From assembly GCA_947454705.1 (NCBI GenBank), contig CANGKZ010000021.1, forward strand, positions 472-64,471: DNA of 64,000 bases, given 5' to 3'. The position numbers were made by a program, and so were the translations under genes. Source of the stretch: Verrucomicrobiota bacterium. GTDB taxonomy: Bacteria > Verrucomicrobiota > Verrucomicrobiia > Limisphaerales > UBA9464. Every line of letters starts with the position of its first letter. Within the stretch, counting starts at the first letter, position 1. The notes under the pieces were generated by a model. It saw only the letters and a program-made list of their open reading frames with translations, ran no database searches and was not told where the DNA came from. Shown here piece after piece: positions 18,371 through 28,034 of this stretch.

Positions 18371-18405
18371 AAAAGCGCAGGCGAAAGCCTGCGCTTTTTG
18401 TTTTT
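18371..18405 (+). terminator. Rho-independent terminator
   Basis: aaaaGCGCAGGCgaaaGCCTGCGCtttttgttttt. An 8-bp GC stem with a GAAA loop and a long T tract, 38 nt after the stop. Confidence 0.75.
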
Positions 18406-18680
18406 GGTGGATGCTGCTTTTTCAAGGGCTTCTGAGGTGGTTCCAAACTGGTTGTAATCGGTGCACGGGAGAACTGGCCCCAGTGGCCTCAATTGGAGGT
18501 CGAATCCGCGCTCTTGTGCGGACTTACTTGGATCGGGAAAAAGAATAAGGCGTTGTGCGGCGAGTCATGGATCGAGCGTGGATTCAGTCCTTCTCAGAAC
18601 ACGTTTTCGCCGCTGAATCGAATCTTCAGCATCGGTGTTTGTATGTCGTAGATGCACTCCTAAAGTGCATTGAGTTCTGC

Positions 18681-20114
18681 ATGAGCACCGCCATCCCAAA
18701 TCGTTTCGGTTCGATCCGGCGATGGGGCTTCTTTTTTGCATTCGGACTGGCTGCATCCGTGAGTGTGTTTTCCGGTGACCTGCGGGGATCCGGATCGATG
18801 CAGATCCGATGGAATTCGGAGGCCTCGCAGCTCTCCGCGAGCATTGAGCGGGTGCCGCTGAGTCGGGTGCTGGGACGTGTGGCCCGCCTGACTGGTTGGA
18901 AGGTGTTGATAGAACCTGGATCAGACCGTCTCGTCAGCGTTGTCCTCACGAATCAACCGACCGGAGTGTGGCTGCCCCGGGTTCTTGGGGACTTCAGTTT
19001 CGCTTTCGTTCCCGGATCGACTGCCGGGGGGCGCACCCTTCGGATCTATCGAACCCAAGCCGAAGCGGCTACGGATACGATCGCCCCTCTGGAGGAAGAG
19101 GAATATCAGATCCGTCCCGGGCCGATTCCAAATGAGCTGATTGTACGCTTCAAACCTGGGGCCAAACTGACTCCTGAGGAACTGGCAAAACGTCTCGGCG
19201 CCAAGCTGGTGGGGCGCTTGGACGATCTCAACACCTATCGCCTGCGCTTCGAGACGGCCGCGGACGCCACCGCTGCGCGTGAGCAGTTGAGGGGAATCTC
19301 AGAGATTGCAGGCGTTGAATCCAATGTGCGATTGCCGATTCCAGAGGCTGGCGCAGCAGGGGCTGGAAATGGCGCATCGATCTCGCTCCGCGCTCGGGGC
19401 GGAAGCGAAAAAGACCAGGTTGTCGTGGCATTGATCGACACGGCGGTTCAACCGCTCGGCAATTCACTTGAGTCGTTTCTGCTGAGTCGCGTGAGCGTCG
19501 CGGATGGAACCCCGGTCAACGATGGTTCGCCCACCCATGGGACGGTGATGTCGCAAAATATCCTCCAAGGGGTCAGCCAGATCGAGGCGTCTGGTGATGG
19601 GACCAAGGTGCGGATTTTGCCTGTGGATGTTTACGGTTCCGAACCCGCCACCACGACTTGGAATGTCATCCGAGGGTTGGAGGCCGCTGCGGCGAAGGGA
19701 GCGACCGTTTTCAACCTAAGCTTGGGCGGTACCGAGGATAGCCCGCTTCTGGATTCGGTGATCGCATCGATCCGGGCTCAGGGCGGGTTGGTGTTGGCGG
19801 CTACGGGGAATTCTCCGGGAACCTTTCTGACGTATCCGGCAGCCAGTCCGGGCGCGCTGGGAGTCACGGCTGTGGATGCTTCGGGGATTCCGGCTGATTA
19901 CGCCAACACAGGGCCGCAGGCGCGTCTGGCGGGGCCTGGGAGCACGCTGATCCAGTACGGTGGGCAGACTTGGCTTACCAAGGGGACTTCCGGGGCGACC
20001 GCGTGGGTTTCGGGACTCGCTGCTGGATGGATGTCCAAGACTGGATCCGGCTCGATCCAAGCCGGGCAGTGGCTTCAGGTTGCCGTTCCGTTTAAGCCGC
20101 CCGGATCCCCTTGA
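18681..20114 (+). CDS. Secreted subtilisin-like serine peptidase (S8) with an N-terminal STN-like domain and I9-like propeptide
   Basis: Starts at ATG M43 of ORF 18555..20114, which gives a signal-like N-terminus. Catalytic triad contexts: VVVALIDTAV (Asp), PTHGTVMSQ (His), GTSGATAWVSGLAAG (Ser). An I9-like block ..LIVRFKPGAKLT..YRLRF.. lies upstream. Confidence 0.85.
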   Translation: MSTAIPNRFGSIRRWGFFFAFGLAASVSVFSGDLRGSGSMQIRWNSEASQLSASIERVPLSRVLGRVARLTGWKVLIEPGSDRLVSVVLTNQPTGVWLPRVLGDFSFAFVPGSTAGGRTLRIYRTQAEAATDTIAPLEEEEYQIRPGPIPNELIVRFKPGAKLTPEELAKRLGAKLVGRLDDLNTYRLRFETAADATAAREQLRGISEIAGVESNVRLPIPEAGAAGAGNGASISLRARGGSEKDQVVVALIDTAVQPLGNSLESFLLSRVSVADGTPVNDGSPTHGTVMSQNILQGVSQIEASGDGTKVRILPVDVYGSEPATTTWNVIRGLEAAAAKGATVFNLSLGGTEDSPLLDSVIASIRAQGGLVLAATGNSPGTFLTYPAASPGALGVTAVDASGIPADYANTGPQARLAGPGSTLIQYGGQTWLTKGTSGATAWVSGLAAGWMSKTGSGSIQAGQWLQVAVPFKPPGSP

Positions 20115-20204
20115 TCCGCCAGCGGATCCAAAGGTGCGATTCCTGACGTGCAGGCGGATCGCACTTCTCTTAGCTTCGCTCTCGAACTCTCAATTGATCT
20201 AAAC

Positions 20205-21134
20205 ATGAGCGAACGCATTGCAGTGGTTGGGGTGGGGCGAATGGGGGCCAACATGGCGCGCCGGCTTCAGGAAGCTGGCTACTCGGTGACCGCCGTCTAT
20301 GACGCACGGCCCGAATCCGCCGAAGCCCTGGCCAAGGAGCTGAATTGTGCGAATCCCCTCAAGCTGGAGGACGTAACCGCCCTGGCCGATGTGGTGATCA
20401 CCGTGGTCACCGACGACAAGGCGATGCATCAGATTTTTGCTCCTCGCGGCGACAGCCTTCTCAACAACGCCAAGGGGCGCATCTTCATCAACTGCGCGAC
20501 CGTCTCTCCGGCCGTGCATGTGGACATCGAGAAGCGCGCTCGGCGCGTGAAGGCGTCCTCGCTGGAGGCCTGCATGGCTTCCAGCATCAATCAGGCGCGG
20601 GCCGGAACCCTGTACCTGATGGTGGGCGGGGACTCGAAGGTGTTTGAACGGGCAAAGCCGATTCTCGATGCGCTCTCGGACCAAGGAAAACTACTTCGTT
20701 ACATCGGTCGCGCAGGGCAGGCGGCCCAGGTGAAGGCGCTGGTCAACATGGTCATGAACATCAACACCGCTGGCCTCGCTGAAGGTCTGGGGTTGGGATC
20801 CGCGTTGGGGTTAGATCTCAAGGTGCTGATGGAAGTGTTTTCCCAAACCGGGGCCAACAGCCGCGTGCTGGTGACCGACGGCGAGGACATGTTGAACCGG
20901 GATCACTCCTGCTTCTTCAGCGCGGCCCACGCCGCCAAGGACAGCGGGATTGCGTATGCGCTCGGCCAGCAGGCCAAGCTCGAACTGCCGCTCGCCAAAG
21001 CGGCGCTCGGACAGTTCCGCAAGATGGTGAAAGTCGGGTTGGGCGAACTGGACAAGTCGGGCGTAGCCGAATTGACCTTCAAGGGGCGCGGCCCACGGAA
21101 AAAACGCTCCGCCTCCAAAAAGGCGAAGCGATAA
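20205..21134 (+). CDS. NAD(P)-dependent oxidoreductase, 3-hydroxyisobutyrate/6-phosphogluconate dehydrogenase-like family
   Basis: Starts at ATG M20 of ORF 20148..21134. MSERIAVVGVGRMGANMARRL is the Rossmann GxGxxG. The HIBADH-like body ends in a Lys/Arg-rich tail. Confidence 0.85.
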   Translation: MSERIAVVGVGRMGANMARRLQEAGYSVTAVYDARPESAEALAKELNCANPLKLEDVTALADVVITVVTDDKAMHQIFAPRGDSLLNNAKGRIFINCATVSPAVHVDIEKRARRVKASSLEACMASSINQARAGTLYLMVGGDSKVFERAKPILDALSDQGKLLRYIGRAGQAAQVKALVNMVMNINTAGLAEGLGLGSALGLDLKVLMEVFSQTGANSRVLVTDGEDMLNRDHSCFFSAAHAAKDSGIAYALGQQAKLELPLAKAALGQFRKMVKVGLGELDKSGVAELTFKGRGPRKKRSASKKAKR

Positions 21135-21144
21135 GTGGCCTCAC

Positions 21145-23247
21145 TCAGGGCGCCGTGATGAATTCCGCAGCGGCCTTCCCATCGTTGGCGGCGGCAATCT
21201 GTTTTAGGGCTCCAGATCCCAGTTCGAGCAACGCAGTGACGTCGCCGTATTTGGCCGCTCCTGGAACGAGGTTCGGGGAACGCCAGTCGAGGATCTTGCC
21301 AAAGCGGAACTCTCCGATGTGGATGGCGGCGCGCTCGATCGTCTTACCCGATTGAGCGCGGGCGGCGGCGGCGATGGGGCCGGTGCCGTCGAGCGCAACG
21401 ATGCTTACGCGCTTGGACTGGTGTTCGTGCGTCTGGATGAGGCGCAGGGCGGTGAGGACATCCTGCATGCGTTGCACGAACACCGGCGGATTGTAGCCCA
21501 GGGTGAACGCGGTGGCTTCGCGGGGATTCTTGACCTTTGGCGCGACGGTCAGCGGAGTTCCGTTCGCGAGGAATTCACCCTGATAGAGAAGGTCTAGTCC
21601 GAGAACCGTTGCGCCGGAGTCCACCACCTTCTGCACCGCGGAGTTCAGAGATCCGTCGGCGTTGTAGATGCCGGATTTTCCCTGCTCGTTGAGCCAGATC
21701 ACGGTGTGTCCGTTCCACTGCTTGGGATAGGCGAACACCGCGGGAATTTCCTCGTGGTAGCTGGTGTTGTGGATCAGGCCGGCCATTTCGATCCAGGCGC
21801 CCTTGTCCGCCTTCGCCTTGAGCTCCCAGGAGGCGTTGCCGGCGGTTTCCAAAGTTCCATCGAGCACCACATCCCATCCGCCTCGGAGAGTCTTCAGATA
21901 TTCCTCCGGGGAATTCGATTTCATGCGGGACAGCTGCGATTCCGAATCCTTGTGCCAGGATTGGAGCAGGCTGCGCTCAAATTCGGGATCGCCTGATTTG
22001 GGGGCCGGATGGGCCGCGTCCCAGACCGTCAACTGCTCGCGGGTGAGGAAGGTGTAATCCTTTTCAATCACGGGCTCGGTTTGACCCAGTTTGAAGTGTC
22101 GATTGAGCCAGGTGTAAAACGCCGAACGCGAAACCGCGTTGTAGTTGTGTGGAAAGTGTTCCCCGCGCTTGAGCATCACATTCTCCGGGGATCCGAGCAG
22201 GGCGTAGAGTTGTTTGAGTTCCGGGAATCCCTTGGTGGAAACCTCCTTGGTCCAGTCATTCGCGCAGGTGATGCCAAGCGGTTTCGGTGCGAACAGGGCT
22301 GCGAATTCCACGTTGCCCGTTCCCACGCGCAGCAGGCTCGCGTTTTCACAGGTGCAGCCGCCTTGCATGGCGGTGCTCACCATCACTGCCGGGAATGACA
22401 GCGCGATTCGGGAGTCCACGGCCGAAAGAAGCATGGTTTGCGTTCCACCGCCGCTCGCGCCGGTCATGGCGATTCGTGTGGGATCGACTTCCGGGAGACT
22501 CAGGACGAAGTCGAGCGAGCGTTCGGCATTCCACGTCTGGAGTCCCATCGCGCTCTGCAGATGCGCCTCGGCCTGCGGGCTAAATAATCCCCAGTTTTCC
22601 TCGGTGTTCATCTCCGGGCGCTGCTTGGAAAAGCCGTGAATGAAGTCGCGGGTGAACTGCTGAGAATCGGAATCCCCAAGCATGTCCCACTGCCACACCA
22701 CGCAGCCCATGCGCGCGAGCTGGACGCACATGGATTGGAATCGGCTGCGGCCGCCGTTTTCGAAACGTTCCGCGCCGTCGGCGATTTCCTCACGAAGTTC
22801 CTTGGGCGAGGTTTCGGAGAGTCGCGCGTCCTTCCAATGCCCGTGGGCGAACAGAACGGCAGGTGCTTTCCCCGAGAGTTTCGCCGGACGATAGAGGTTG
22901 CCGGTGACGAAGAACCCGGGCGCGCTTTCGAAGTAAACTTTTTCGACGGAATAATCCCCTTGGTCGATGCGGCCGTGGATTACCGGGTTGAGCGGCGTCT
23001 TGGTGGGAAGGGGCCAGAGGCCTTGGGAGACCAAGATTTGCCGCCGAACCTGTGCCGCGCGCTTAGTCCAGGCCTCGGCCGACGTGGGGGGCGTGAACGG
23101 GAAGTAGCCGTCGAGATCCTTGACTGGTTCGAGCCGGTGATCCTTGGGCAGCGTTCCTTCAGGGAGGACTCGTGGAGCTCCGGCAGCGATCAGGACCGAG
23201 GCAGAAGCAGCGGCCGTGGCGAGGGTGGTCAGGGCGCGGTGGAACAT
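21145..23247 (-). CDS. Secreted alpha/beta hydrolase (acetyl-xylan-esterase/dienelactone-hydrolase-like) with a C-terminal extension
   Basis: 700 aa with a signal peptide. Nucleophile elbow MTGASGGGTQT (GxSxG). Upstream ..VLFAHGHW.. is typical of this PVC hydrolase family. Confidence 0.75.
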   Translation of the reverse strand: MFHRALTTLATAAASASVLIAAGAPRVLPEGTLPKDHRLEPVKDLDGYFPFTPPTSAEAWTKRAAQVRRQILVSQGLWPLPTKTPLNPVIHGRIDQGDYSVEKVYFESAPGFFVTGNLYRPAKLSGKAPAVLFAHGHWKDARLSETSPKELREEIADGAERFENGGRSRFQSMCVQLARMGCVVWQWDMLGDSDSQQFTRDFIHGFSKQRPEMNTEENWGLFSPQAEAHLQSAMGLQTWNAERSLDFVLSLPEVDPTRIAMTGASGGGTQTMLLSAVDSRIALSFPAVMVSTAMQGGCTCENASLLRVGTGNVEFAALFAPKPLGITCANDWTKEVSTKGFPELKQLYALLGSPENVMLKRGEHFPHNYNAVSRSAFYTWLNRHFKLGQTEPVIEKDYTFLTREQLTVWDAAHPAPKSGDPEFERSLLQSWHKDSESQLSRMKSNSPEEYLKTLRGGWDVVLDGTLETAGNASWELKAKADKGAWIEMAGLIHNTSYHEEIPAVFAYPKQWNGHTVIWLNEQGKSGIYNADGSLNSAVQKVVDSGATVLGLDLLYQGEFLANGTPLTVAPKVKNPREATAFTLGYNPPVFVQRMQDVLTALRLIQTHEHQSKRVSIVALDGTGPIAAAARAQSGKTIERAAIHIGEFRFGKILDWRSPNLVPGAAKYGDVTALLELGSGALKQIAAANDGKAAAEFITAP

Positions 23248-23383
23248 GTCGCGACGCTACCGGATCGAAGCGCGGACACAATCCCCGGAACTGCGGAACC
23301 GAAAGGAAGATCGGGAGGTCCGCGAAAACCGGTCGCCAAACGTCTGCCCGAATGGTAACTCTCCGCCCGCACGCGGAGGGTTT

Positions 23384-23459
23384 GGGCGAGTGGCGCAGTG
23401 GTTAGCGCAGCTGCTTTACACGCAGTTGGTCGGGGGTTCGAATCCCTCCTCGCCCACCA
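23384..23459 (+). tRNA. tRNA-Val (anticodon UAC), CCA encoded
   Basis: Hand-folded. Acceptor gggcgag/ctcgccc, D stem gcgc/gcgc, anticodon stem gctgc/gcagt with loop UUUACAC (34-36 = UAC), T loop ttcgaat, discriminator A plus CCA. 76 nt. Confidence 0.9.
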
Positions 23460-23510
23460 TCCCGTCGGTTGGAAATCGACGTTCGTTCCTTTCCAACCAT
23501 CGCCGGCGAT

Positions 23511-24959
23511 TCACGGCTTCGACAGGGCTTCCGCGCGAAGCTTGGTTTCCGACAGGACCCGCAGTTGCAAATTGCGAACCACCGGAGTGCACCACCATCC
23601 CCAATATTCCGCGGGCCAGAGACCGTGCTGAAATCGCGTGGTGCCACGGAGAAGGGTTCCGCTGGGAACCGGCGTGAGTTCGAACGACGCGTGGTTGACC
23701 TGATAATAGCCGTCAAGATGCCGGGGATGCAGATGGCGATAAGGCGTCCACTCCTCCATCGGAACCGGGGTGGAATCCACCCGGAGTTCGAGTCGTCGCG
23801 GGGGATCCCAGACCTCCACCGTCTCCTGCGCGACGCCAGTATGGAATTCGCACACGCGGGTCGCTCCCTTTCCGACGCCGGAGGTCCAGGCTCGATGGAA
23901 GGTGGCGATGTTCACCTTGGCCCACAGGCTTTGCGCGCGCGGGAGTTCGTCCACGTCCACAATCAGGGGCCAGATGCGCTCTGCGGGCGCAGCGATCAAC
24001 ACGCTGCTGCTTACGGTGAATTCAGGGGCGGATTCGGAACGGTTTTGCTCGGTCACCCAGAGCAGGGGAATCGAGAACAAGGCTACGCACATGACTTTCG
24101 GGTCCCGGGTACGTCCCGTTGCGACGAGCAACGCCTGGCCGGTCAGTCCGCCGAGGATTGCCAACGCGCTTGCAATCGGGGCTGCCATCACCAGACAAAT
24201 GATTCCCTCGACCGCCAAACCGAACAGAAGGATCCCGGACAGGATGACCGTCATCATGCTCAACCGGACGGCATCCCATCGACGCAGACCGTGCTGCCAT
24301 CCGTAGAGCGTGGTGGAGAACAGTCCGAGCAGAAACGGAGTCGCTGCAAACAAGGCCCAGCCGTAGTCCCCAAACACCTCGGTGCTGATGGCGGTGAATG
24401 ACACGCCGATGCAGGCGGAGATCAACACCACCGTGAGCGCGCAGCCCCAGGGCGACTTCGGAAGCAGCCCCAAAGGTTGCCTGGAGAGGGATCCGAACTC
24501 AGAGAGCGATTTCTTGGCGTGAATCGAAGTGGGAACGATCCCCAGCAACAGGAGGACGATCAGGCGAACTCCGGGGATGAGGAGCAGCAGTCCCCAGGGT
24601 AAAGCGATGCCGATGTCGCGGAGGCGTCCCACGGTGGCAAGAATTCCGACTGCGAACACCGGAAGGGTGTAAAAGTGAATCCGTGACCCGAGGATTCCCG
24701 ATGTATCCCCGGAGGCTCCGGGTACCCAGTGGAACAGGGAATCGTAAAGCGTCGTCGCCACTGTCGAAGGGACCAAGCTGATTTCCGCCGGCGTGCGGAA
24801 ACGATGCAAGTTGTAGTGCGTGAGTGCTGCGAGCAGACACACGAACAGATATCCACTGCGGCCAAAGCGGAATCCCTCGGTTGCGAAGCGAGGGTGGTCG
24901 GGTTTACGCACGTCGCTCGACTCCGGATTGGAGGGCGGGATGGGAGATGGCTCGCTCAC
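23511..24959 (-). CDS. Polytopic membrane protein (DUF805-like segment) fused to a C-terminal SRPBCC (START/polyketide-cyclase-like) domain
   Basis: 482 aa. TM region with ..GRLRDIGIALPWGLLLLIPGVRLIVLLLLG.. (DUF805-like). The C-terminal ~150 aa ..IAAPAERIWPLIVDVDELP..ATRVCEF..ETVEVWDPPRRLELRV.. looks like SRPBCC. Confidence 0.7.
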   Translation of the reverse strand: MSEPSPIPPSNPESSDVRKPDHPRFATEGFRFGRSGYLFVCLLAALTHYNLHRFRTPAEISLVPSTVATTLYDSLFHWVPGASGDTSGILGSRIHFYTLPVFAVGILATVGRLRDIGIALPWGLLLLIPGVRLIVLLLLGIVPTSIHAKKSLSEFGSLSRQPLGLLPKSPWGCALTVVLISACIGVSFTAISTEVFGDYGWALFAATPFLLGLFSTTLYGWQHGLRRWDAVRLSMMTVILSGILLFGLAVEGIICLVMAAPIASALAILGGLTGQALLVATGRTRDPKVMCVALFSIPLLWVTEQNRSESAPEFTVSSSVLIAAPAERIWPLIVDVDELPRAQSLWAKVNIATFHRAWTSGVGKGATRVCEFHTGVAQETVEVWDPPRRLELRVDSTPVPMEEWTPYRHLHPRHLDGYYQVNHASFELTPVPSGTLLRGTTRFQHGLWPAEYWGWWCTPVVRNLQLRVLSETKLRAEALSKP

Positions 24960-25428
24960 GTGGTTGTCCGGTCTGGATCAGGGCAGGGCATGACGCGGTC
25001 CGATGGCTTCCTTTACGACGGGGTGGTGGGCAGGGAATACGTGGGAGCTGGGCAGGTGTCAAAACGGTTTATTTTTGACGGGAAATGATTCTAGCGCGCC
25101 CGCGGGGAGGAGATTCGCTTTGAGGCACGGCAAGAACCGCAATTGTGGAAAGCCGGGGCTTCGATTCCACGACGGTGGAAACCGGGTTCAGAAAAACCAA
25201 CCTGAGGTGCGGGAAATAGATGTGGAATTGATCGTGTAAGTGGTTTGTTTGAAGTGTGATAGGACGAATGATAGTTTCGGCTATCCTCGCGGATCTCCGG
25301 CATTTTGCTGCCCCGGCTTCCGGATGTTGGCACTGAATGAAACCCAGTAACCCCGCGTCCACTCGGCACTTGACCGGGGGCCTCGAGTGACGAGGTTGGT
25401 CCCGCGGTTCGGTTGAAACAGTTTGTTT

Positions 25429-26133
25429 ATGAACGCGAATTCTTCTGTGTCGGCGTTTCGTTGGATTTCTGTCGGTCTTGCCGGTTGTGTGGCTCTGGCG
25501 GTTTGCGAGGCGGCTGAAAATGCCACCGCAAGTTCCTCGGCGACGACCGCGCCCGCAGTCACCAAGCCTGCGCGGCTCAGCTACGCAGCGGGTGAAGTCC
25601 TGAAATTGGCCCGGGCCAAGGTGGGCGACGAAACCATCGTCGCCTTCGTCAAGCAGTCCTCCTCTTCCTACGACCTCACCGCTGAGGACATCGTCTATCT
25701 CCGAAGCGAAGGGGTCACCGATCGCGTGGTGAGCGCGATGCTCACCGCACGCCCTGTGGGAGGTTCGACCGCCGAGTATGCGTCCGCCCCTGCGCCGGCT
25801 CCCGCTCAGCAGGTGGCTGCAGCTGCGCCCGCACCCGCACCCGCACCCGCTCCTTCCGTTGCACCGGGTCAGACGGTTTATCCCGGCGGCGCCGTTCAGC
25901 AACCCACGACCACCACGGTGGTTCAACCCGCAGTGACTTACGTGCAGTCGCCTCCCACCGTGGTGTATGCGCCTCCGGTGGTGACTGAATATTACTACGG
26001 CGGCCCCTACTACTATGGCTGGGGATATCCCCGTCCCGGGATCTCGGTGAGTCTCGGATTTGGTGGACGGTTCCACGGCGGCGGATGGCACGTCGGGGTG
26101 CCGGTTTATCGCGGTGGATTCCATCATCGATAA
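25429..26133 (+). CDS. Secreted hypothetical protein with a Pro/Ala/Val/Tyr-rich repeat and Gly/His/Tyr tail
   Basis: ATG at 25429 (third codon of ORF 25423..26133). Signal peptide ..WISVGLAGCVALAVCEA. Small conserved-looking block ETIVAFVKQSSSSYDLTAEDIVYLRSEGVTDRVVSAML, then APAPAPAPAP and ..PPTVVYAPPVV..YYYGWGYP..GGFHHR. Confidence 0.55.
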   Translation: MNANSSVSAFRWISVGLAGCVALAVCEAAENATASSSATTAPAVTKPARLSYAAGEVLKLARAKVGDETIVAFVKQSSSSYDLTAEDIVYLRSEGVTDRVVSAMLTARPVGGSTAEYASAPAPAPAQQVAAAAPAPAPAPAPSVAPGQTVYPGGAVQQPTTTTVVQPAVTYVQSPPTVVYAPPVVTEYYYGGPYYYGWGYPRPGISVSLGFGGRFHGGGWHVGVPVYRGGFHHR

Positions 26134-26166
26134 GAATCGTTCACTTAAGTAAACGATCTTCATAAA

Positions 26167-26197
26167 CCCCTCGTTTTCCTAGGAAACGAGGGGTTTT
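26167..26197 (+). terminator. Rho-independent terminator
   Basis: CCCCTCGTTT(t)cctaggAAACGAGGGGtttt. A ~10-bp stem with one bulged T, followed by T4, 34 nt after the stop. Confidence 0.6.
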
Positions 26198-26409
26198 GCG
26201 TGCCTGGACCCATCGGTTCGGAAAAACGCCGCAGCGGCTGGTTCTTTCTGTTCACCCTGCATCCATGGTCGGGGCGTTCTCCCCGAAAAACCCCAGTTTC
26301 CGACCGGATGAGTCGTTCCAGCGCCAGGGCAATGCGTCGGCAGGACTTCTGCTTCGTGACAGCGGTTCGTCCCTACCCGACGAATGCCTGCGCGGTACAG
26401 TTGTAAACT

Positions 26410-27327
26410 ATGAAGACCGGATACCTCATCGACATGGACGGTGTGATCTACCGTGAGAACCAATTGATCCCGGGGGCGGTGGAATTTGTTCAAGCGTTGA
26501 ACAGCACCGGAACGCCCTTTCTTTTCCTGACCAACAATTCGGCCCCGACTCCGGAGGATCTTTCCGTGAGATTGAAGCACCTCGGAATTCACGGGCTTTC
26601 GGCGAGGCATTTTTACACGTCGGCCCTCAACACGGCGGATTTCCTCAGCGAGACCGATCCGGACTGCACCGTCTTCGTCATCGGTGAAGGCGGATTGCTC
26701 ACCGCGTTGCACGAACGGAAGATCGCGAATGATGGCATTCGTCCACGCTACGTGGTGGTGGGGGAGGGAATGACCACGATGGAAAAGCTGGTGAAGGCGC
26801 ACGAGTGCATCGAACGCGGTGCACGCCTGCTCGCGACCAATCCTGACAATTGGTGTCCGGTGTCGAGTGAGAAGACGCGTCCGGGTGCAGGTTCAACCGC
26901 GGCATTTCTCGAGGCGAGCACCGGGCGTCACGCCTACTATTTGGGCAAGCCCAACGGCTACATGTTCCACCGCGCACGCCGCAAGCTGGCGGAGCTGTCG
27001 CTGTGCGAACCCGAGCAGACGGTGATGATCGGCGACACGATGGAGACCGACATTCGCGGAGCCATGGAGGCCGGGATGCAGTCGTTCCTGGTGTTGAGCG
27101 GATCGACGCAGTTGGAGGTGCTCGGCGACTACGTGTACCAACCCACGCGCGTGCTGCAGTCGGTCGCGGATTTGACCGAGGAAATCAAAACCGGCCGCGC
27201 CTCGGACCGGCTCAACAGTCCGGTCTACGGAACCGGAAACGGGGCGGGCCCCAAGGCGGGGCACCGCCACCAGACGGACATCTTCGCACTGCACAAGCCG
27301 CGTCCGCGTCCTGCGATGACGAAGTAG
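26410..27327 (+). CDS. HAD-superfamily hydrolase, subfamily IIA (NagD-like sugar-phosphatase)
   Basis: 305 aa. MKTGYLIDMDGVIYRENQLIPGAVEFVQAL has the DxDG motif I. ..FLTNNS.. is motif II and ..MIGDTMETDIRGA.. is motif IV. The last ~45 aa are a low-complexity tail. Confidence 0.85.
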   Translation: MKTGYLIDMDGVIYRENQLIPGAVEFVQALNSTGTPFLFLTNNSAPTPEDLSVRLKHLGIHGLSARHFYTSALNTADFLSETDPDCTVFVIGEGGLLTALHERKIANDGIRPRYVVVGEGMTTMEKLVKAHECIERGARLLATNPDNWCPVSSEKTRPGAGSTAAFLEASTGRHAYYLGKPNGYMFHRARRKLAELSLCEPEQTVMIGDTMETDIRGAMEAGMQSFLVLSGSTQLEVLGDYVYQPTRVLQSVADLTEEIKTGRASDRLNSPVYGTGNGAGPKAGHRHQTDIFALHKPRPRPAMTK

Positions 27328-27338
27328 TCCGGTGTTCC

Positions 27339-28034
27339 TCAGAACCCGACGGTGTCGAGCTGTTCGTAGGCGTGGCGCAGCCACACCTTGACGCGTTGAC
27401 GCTCGAGCAGGCCGAGTCCATTGACGTTGGATTCGGTCCGGTTCTTGGCCGCCCAGAAGCTCGTGCTGCCGGCATCAATTTTGGTGATCACGGTGTCGTG
27501 CAGACGGCGCAGCGTGATGACCTTCGCATTCAACTCGGCGGCACGCTCGCGTTCGCCGGAGGCTTCGAAAATCGGGAACTGCTCGCCGCGAAGCTGGTTG
27601 AGAACCAGTACGTAGTTGAGGCGGGAACCGAAACGGTCGAAGAGTTTCTTCAGCAGGTCCACGGAGTCCTTGCCCGAGTCCATGACGTGCCAGTAGTGCA
27701 GGGTGATTCCGAGTTCGGACGCCATTTCTAGAACTCCGGATTCGTCCATCCACTTGGCCAGCGGGTCGTGGGTTTGGGCGGCGAGATCCACGAGGACGCG
27801 CTTTTCCGGGTTCTCGCTCGCGGCCTCCACAATGGCGTCGAGGCTTTCATAGCGGTCCACCACGACGGGGGAGGCGAAGTCCGTGTAGAAGCGCAGGAGC
27901 GAGCCGTGGGACCGGTCGGTATCAAAACCGATAAAGGGAAGTTCGTGGTCGATCAGGTACTGGGCAACCACGCGGGCTACGACGGATTTGCCGACGCCGC
28001 CTTTTTCGCCGCCGATGAGATGGATTTGAGACAT
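27339..28034 (-). CDS. ParA/MinD-superfamily P-loop ATPase, solo (TraL/MobD-like)
   Basis: Starts at ATG M43 of ORF 27339..28160. MSQIHLIGGEKGGVGKSVVARVVAQYLID.. is a deviant Walker A, and ..VLVDLAAQ.. is Walker-B-like. At 231 aa it is similar in size to plasmid TraL-type proteins as I remember them. Confidence 0.7.
   Translation of the reverse strand: MSQIHLIGGEKGGVGKSVVARVVAQYLIDHELPFIGFDTDRSHGSLLRFYTDFASPVVVDRYESLDAIVEAASENPEKRVLVDLAAQTHDPLAKWMDESGVLEMASELGITLHYWHVMDSGKDSVDLLKKLFDRFGSRLNYVLVLNQLRGEQFPIFEASGERERAAELNAKVITLRRLHDTVITKIDAGSTSFWAAKNRTESNVNGLGLLERQRVKVWLRHAYEQLDTVGF

Noticed and set aside
23384-23459. tRNA-Val as a possible integration site for a genomic island.
   Set aside because: There is no integrase. 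I found no partial tRNA direct repeat downstream. The flanking genes have host-like composition.
25146-25320. Possible structured ncRNA in the 460-nt intergenic region 24960-25428. A 9-11-nt long-range complement is present (AGCCGGGGC at 25151-25159 and GCCCCGGCT at 25310-25318). A T-loop-like GCTTCGATTCC is also present.
   Set aside because: A complementarity of this length is expected by chance. The T-loop-like string has no flanking stem. I could not match 6S, tmRNA, RNase P or SRP RNA signatures.
25830-25860. Tandem hexanucleotide repeat (GCACCC)n.
   Set aside because: It lies inside the secreted-protein CDS and simply encodes APAPAPAP. This is low-complexity coding sequence, not an independent feature.
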